Shown: piece by piece, positions 18,824 through 21,581 of the stretch | Layout of the letters: the number at the start of each line of letters is the position of its first letter | Numbering within the stretch: position 1 is the stretch's first letter | NCBI GenBank assembly: GCA_034661055.1 | Contig: JAYEKO010000020.1 | Coordinates: 1-21,581, forward strand | DNA: 21,581 nt | Direction of reading: 5' to 3' | Origin: Campylobacterota bacterium | Lineage (GTDB): Bacteria > Campylobacterota > Campylobacteria > Campylobacterales > Sulfurimonadaceae | Program-made: the position numbers and the translations under genes | The notes under the pieces: generated by a model | What the model was told of the DNA's origin: nothing | Database searches by the model: none | Seen by the model: only the letters and a program-made list of their open reading frames with translations

Positions 18824-18890
18824 GCTAAGGGGTCAGTGATAAATATAAATAATCACCACAAAATTACCATGTAATTTTTTATGATATAAT
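18824..18890 (+). repeat. Cassette-leader repeat R1 with extended -10 promoter
   Basis: gct-aaggggtcagtgataaatataaataatcaccacaaaattaccatgtaattttttatgatataat. Confidence 0.9.
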
Positions 18891-18896
18891 TTGTCA

Positions 18897-19142
18897 ATGG
18901 ACTATAACCTAAGCAGACATGCGATGGATGTAATGTATTCTCGAAATATAAAACGAGAGTGGGTTGAAGAAGTTTATAAAAACCCTTCTTGTAAGCATAC
19001 CATTGCAGTTAATGAGATACATTATTTTGCAATGATAGCTGAGAATAATCATAGATGTTTAAAAGTTGTGCTTAACCCAATATCTATGGTAGTCATTACG
19101 GTCTATTTTGATCGTAATATGAGAAAGAGAGGATGTAAATGA
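18897..19142 (+). CDS. DUF4258-like (BrnT/RelE-fold) putative toxin
   Basis: LSRHAMDVMYSRNI...LKVV...VITVYFDR. ATG 18897 is preferred over TTG 18891 because it sits at the predicted TSS. Confidence 0.7.
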   Translation: MDYNLSRHAMDVMYSRNIKREWVEEVYKNPSCKHTIAVNEIHYFAMIAENNHRCLKVVLNPISMVVITVYFDRNMRKRGCK

Positions 19143-19339
19143 AAATTCATTACAATAGTGAAACGGACAGTATTTATGTTAAATTTTCTGAAGATACCAT
19201 AATTGAAAGCGAAGAGAAAGAAAATAACGTAATTATCGACTACAATAAAGATGACGAAGTAGTTGCTGTTGAAATTTTAAATGTTAAAACAAATTCTCAT
19301 GAAATAGACTTGCCTGTTATATTGAAGAGTGCTTCTTAA
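19139..19339 (+). CDS. DUF2283-like putative antitoxin
   Basis: MKIHYNSETDSIYVKF...IIDYNKDDEVVAVEILN; overlaps the upstream stop by 4 nt. Confidence 0.8.
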   Translation: MKIHYNSETDSIYVKFSEDTIIESEEKENNVIIDYNKDDEVVAVEILNVKTNSHEIDLPVILKSAS

Positions 19340-19352
19340 TTCACCCACTTGT

Positions 19353-19372
19353 AAGCTCCAGCTTGAGAATGC
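19353..19372. repeat. Degenerate REP-like copy 3
   Basis: aagctccagcttgagaatgc matches the core and right arm of the 18236 copy, with one mismatch. Confidence 0.6.
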
Positions 19373-19397
19373 TTACCATAACTTAAACACCACTTCA

Positions 19398-19493
19398 ATG
19401 CCAAGGGGTCATGCCAACATGCCAAGCATGCCAAGGGGTCAGGTGATAAATATAAATAAAATGCCAAGGGGTCAGGTGATAAATATAAATAAT
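19398..19493 (+). repeat. Cassette-leader repeat R2, stuttered: five atgcc-aa units carrying different lengths of the element 5' end
   Basis: atgcc+aaggggtc / atgcc+aac / atgcc+aagc / atgcc+aaggggtcaggtgataaatataaataaa / atgcc+aaggggtcaggtgataaatataaataat. Confidence 0.9.
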
Positions 19494-19530
19494 ATGTTAT
19501 ACTTTTTATTATAATTTTAAGAGGTTTTAC

Positions 19531-20250
19531 ATGATTAACCCTAACGAAATAAACAACTTATCTACAGTAACACAACATTTCAAACAAGATCAAAAATATT
19601 TTATTATGATGGCTAAAAAAGACAAAATTGACTTTGTATATAATACCTCTGCTTTAGAAGGTAATGCCATGACATACCCTGAAGTTCAGACACTACTTGA
19701 AGGTATTACCGTTGGTGGACATAAACTTACTGATGAACAGCAAATTTTAAATCAAAATCGTAGTGTTGAACTTCTGTTTACTATGCTTGAAGCATCTACA
19801 TTTGACTTAAACAAAGAGACACTTTGCAAATTACATGTAAAAGTAGCTCAAGAAGAAGCGCTCTCATGGGGAGTCTTTAGAGATGGCAATGTAAATATTG
19901 GTGGAACTGACTATCTTCCGCCAAAATTTCAAGATTTAGATGCCCTATTCAAGAATGGGATTAAAGCACTAAAATTAATCCACGACCCTATTTTAAAAGC
20001 ACTAAGTTATTTTCTTTTTGGAGCAAGAACACAGTTTTTTTTTGACGGCAATAAGAGAGTTTCAAGATTAATAATGAATGGGATCTTACTACATGCAGGT
20101 CTACCAATTCTCAACATTAAAGCCAAAGACAGACTTGAATTCAACAGTAAAATGATTTCCTTTTACGATACAGAAAACTATGTAGAGATATTGACCTACC
20201 TTGTGCATTACTATGAAGTTCAAAACAGACATTTGAAAATGAGTGCATAA
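19531..20250 (+). CDS. Fic/Doc-family protein with a non-canonical active-site motif
   Basis: N-terminal TSALEGN (S/TxxxEG inhibitory motif); QFFFDGNKRVSR in place of HxFxDGNGRxxR; RBS GAGG. Confidence 0.85.
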   Translation: MINPNEINNLSTVTQHFKQDQKYFIMMAKKDKIDFVYNTSALEGNAMTYPEVQTLLEGITVGGHKLTDEQQILNQNRSVELLFTMLEASTFDLNKETLCKLHVKVAQEEALSWGVFRDGNVNIGGTDYLPPKFQDLDALFKNGIKALKLIHDPILKALSYFLFGARTQFFFDGNKRVSRLIMNGILLHAGLPILNIKAKDRLEFNSKMISFYDTENYVEILTYLVHYYEVQNRHLKMSA

Positions 20251-20276
20251 TGCCAAGACATCCACGCGTAGAGAAA

Positions 20277-20349
20277 GGCTAAGAGGGCTAAGGGGTAATA
20301 AATATAAATGATTATCACAAAACGTGCATGTAATTTTTTATGATATAAT
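20277..20349 (+). repeat. Cassette-leader repeat R3 (5-nt internal deletion) with extended -10
   Basis: ggct-aaga-gggct-aagggg-taataaatataaatgattatcacaaaacgtgcatgtaattttttatgatataat. Confidence 0.88.
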
Positions 20350-20354
20350 TACTT

Positions 20355-20585
20355 ATGGGAAGAATTGATGAAGTAAAAGAAATATTGAATACTTTGCGTG
20401 TTGCAATGAGTTTGGCATTTGGTATTTTTATTTTAATTGTTGGAAAAATAGTTACACTTTATGATGCAGAAAGTTTTACTGAATTATTTTGGATTAGCAT
20501 AATGGCTTCAATTTTAAACTTAATAGTTATTTTATTTATCGTTAAAAAAATTTCATCGAAAACAAAAGAGATAAAGGATTTATAA
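20355..20585 (+). CDS. Small two-TM membrane protein (paralog A)
   Basis: 76 aa with two hydrophobic segments; first 15 aa identical to the ORF at 21396. Confidence 0.75.
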   Translation: MGRIDEVKEILNTLRVAMSLAFGIFILIVGKIVTLYDAESFTELFWISIMASILNLIVILFIVKKISSKTKEIKDL

Positions 20586-20674
20586 TGTCATTACCAACTA
20601 TAGCTCTTGTAGTAGTAGGAGTGCTTTTCTTTACCTTGTTTTTTTATAGTATTGAGAAGCTTTCCGAAGAGTAA
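20585..20674 (+). CDS. 29-aa single-TM peptide translationally coupled to the 76-aa ORF
   Basis: TAATG stop/start overlap preceded by AAGGA; MSLPTIALVVVGVLFFTLFFYSIEKLSEE. Confidence 0.55.
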   Translation: MSLPTIALVVVGVLFFTLFFYSIEKLSEE

Positions 20675-20697
20675 AGCCTAGTACTGCACGTTAGATT

Positions 20698-20818
20698 AAG
20701 GGGTCAGTCGCCACCTTCAAACCACATAACCACAAGGGCTAAGGGGTCAGGCTAAGGGGTCAGGTGATAAATATTAATAATTATCACAAAATTTACATGT
20801 AATTTATTGTGATATAAT
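20698..20818 (+). repeat. Cassette-leader repeat R4, preceded by two truncated cores (20698, 20741)
   Basis: aaggggtcag at 20698; ggct-aaggggtca-ggct-aaggggtcaggtgataaatattaataattatcacaaaatttacatgtaatttattgtgatataat (full copy 20754-20818). Confidence 0.9.
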
Positions 20819-20848
20819 TTACAACATATATTGCATAAAGATTAAACA

Positions 20849-21163
20849 GTGAAAATAGACAAATCAAATATAATTAGCTTCTTAAAAGAGATTAAAACAG
20901 AGCTTGTGGCTAATGGAATCTCAACTATTGGACTCTTTGGCAGCTTTGCAAGAGATGAAGCAGGTGTCTATAGTGACATCGATATTGCCATTAAAAAAGA
21001 GAGTGGTTACTTAAAAACAAGAACGGCTTATGACTATTTTAATGAAGTTTCCAAAATAAAAAGTTTAATAAGAAAAAAGTTTCATCGAAATAGTGATGTC
21101 TTTGATTTAGAAAGTGACTCTAGTATGAAAAATGAAATTATTAAAGATTTAATTTATGTTTAG
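20849..21163 (+). CDS. Minimal nucleotidyltransferase (MNT/MntA-type antitoxin)
   Basis: LFGSFARDEAGVYSDIDI (GSx10DxD). Confidence 0.88.
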   Translation: MKIDKSNIISFLKEIKTELVANGISTIGLFGSFARDEAGVYSDIDIAIKKESGYLKTRTAYDYFNEVSKIKSLIRKKFHRNSDVFDLESDSSMKNEIIKDLIYV

Positions 21164-21316
21164 CACTAAAGCTCTTGAGCGTATTAAAATTATTGAAAAA
21201 AAAATAAACTTTATTGAAACAATTGTAAAAGAGAAAGGTTCTGTTATTGCAGCATTAGAAGATGAGCAGAACTCTAGAGCATCAATTTTAATGCATCTCA
21301 TCTCCATAGCTGAGCT
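21156..21316 (+). pseudogene. HEPN (DUF86/HepT-like) toxin, truncated by repeat R5
   Basis: Overlaps the MNT gene. HEPN-like N-half ends at ...RASILMHLISIAE, then the frame runs into repeat-encoded LRELRGQVININNNHKITI (stop 21374). No Rx4H motif. Confidence 0.7.
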
Positions 21317-21390
21317 AAGAGAGCTAAGGGGTCAGGTGATAAATATAAATAATAATCACAAAATTACCATCTAAATTATTATGATATAAT
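21312..21390 (+). repeat. Cassette-leader repeat R5 with extended -10
   Basis: gagct-aaga-gagct-aaggggtcaggtgataaatataaataataatcacaaaattaccatctaaattattatgatataat. Confidence 0.92.
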
Positions 21391-21395
21391 TTCTT

Positions 21396-21581
21396 ATGGG
21401 AAGAATTGATGAAGTAAAAGAGATATTGAACACCTTAAGAATAGCAATGAGCATAGCATTTGGTATTTTGGTAGTTAGTGTTGGGAGCTTAATTAAGCGC
21501 TTTGATAACGCTAATATTGATACAGTTTTTTGGATAGGTGTAGGTTTTATTTTTTTACTTCTACTGTTTATAGTAAATATA
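21396..21581 (+). CDS. Small membrane protein (paralog B), runs off the window
   Basis: MGRIDEVKEILNTLRIAMSIAFGILVVSVGSLIKRFDNANIDTVFWIGVGFIFLLLLFIVNI... Confidence 0.75.
   Translation, partial: MGRIDEVKEILNTLRIAMSIAFGILVVSVGSLIKRFDNANIDTVFWIGVGFIFLLLLFIVNI

Noticed and set aside
19329..19514. 61-aa ORF with MPRGQVININ repeats
   Set aside because: It is only the translation of the REP remnant and the R2 stutter.
18796..20730. Classical integron attC sites (cataac at 18796, 19377 and 20725; gttagat at 20690)
   Set aside because: These motifs do not pair into RYYYAAC...GTTRRRY palindromes at consistent spacing. The conserved repeat precedes genes and contains a promoter, and there is no intI in the window.
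19403..21336. Tn3-family terminal inverted repeats (GGGGTC start)
   Set aside because: All copies are in one orientation, I saw no inverted partner end, and similarity does not extend over the 38-bp Tn3 IR.
18824..21390. CRISPR array interpretation of the repeats
   Set aside because: Repeats are 60-65 bp and degenerate, the intervening segments are gene-sized and irregular (about 0.4-0.8 kb), and no cas genes are present.

Overview
AT-rich bacterial chromosome segment. Gene content and TGnTATAAT promoters suggest Campylobacterota, probably Sulfurimonas/Sulfurovum-like (inference). Bases 1-16.2 kb are mostly housekeeping and envelope genes: an MBOAT + SGNH O-acylation pair, a YfaZ-like OMP, hldE, cytochrome c553, ccoS/ccoI, a short asparaginase, gmhB/gmhA, a GDPD-like protein, trpS, hpf, hemJ, der and three lipoproteins. 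From about 16.2 kb the window is an accessory hotspot with four notable parts. (i) A phosphoribosyltransferase fused in-frame to an antitoxin-like tail, followed by relE, within a 420-bp unit bounded by 23-bp direct repeats. (ii) A frameshifted PemK/MazF module. (iii) Two type IV pilin-like genes. (iv) An integron-like, same-orientation array of small cassettes: DUF4258/DUF2283-like TA, Fic, a small membrane-protein pair, MNT-HEPN and a second membrane-protein paralog. Each cassette is led by a conserved 60-65 bp element (GCY-AAGGGGTCAGGTGATAAAT...TGATATAAT; only its 5' part in front of fic). The element carries its own promoter, shows stuttered partial copies at its left end, and in one case cuts a HEPN gene short. 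No integrase or transposase is present in the window.
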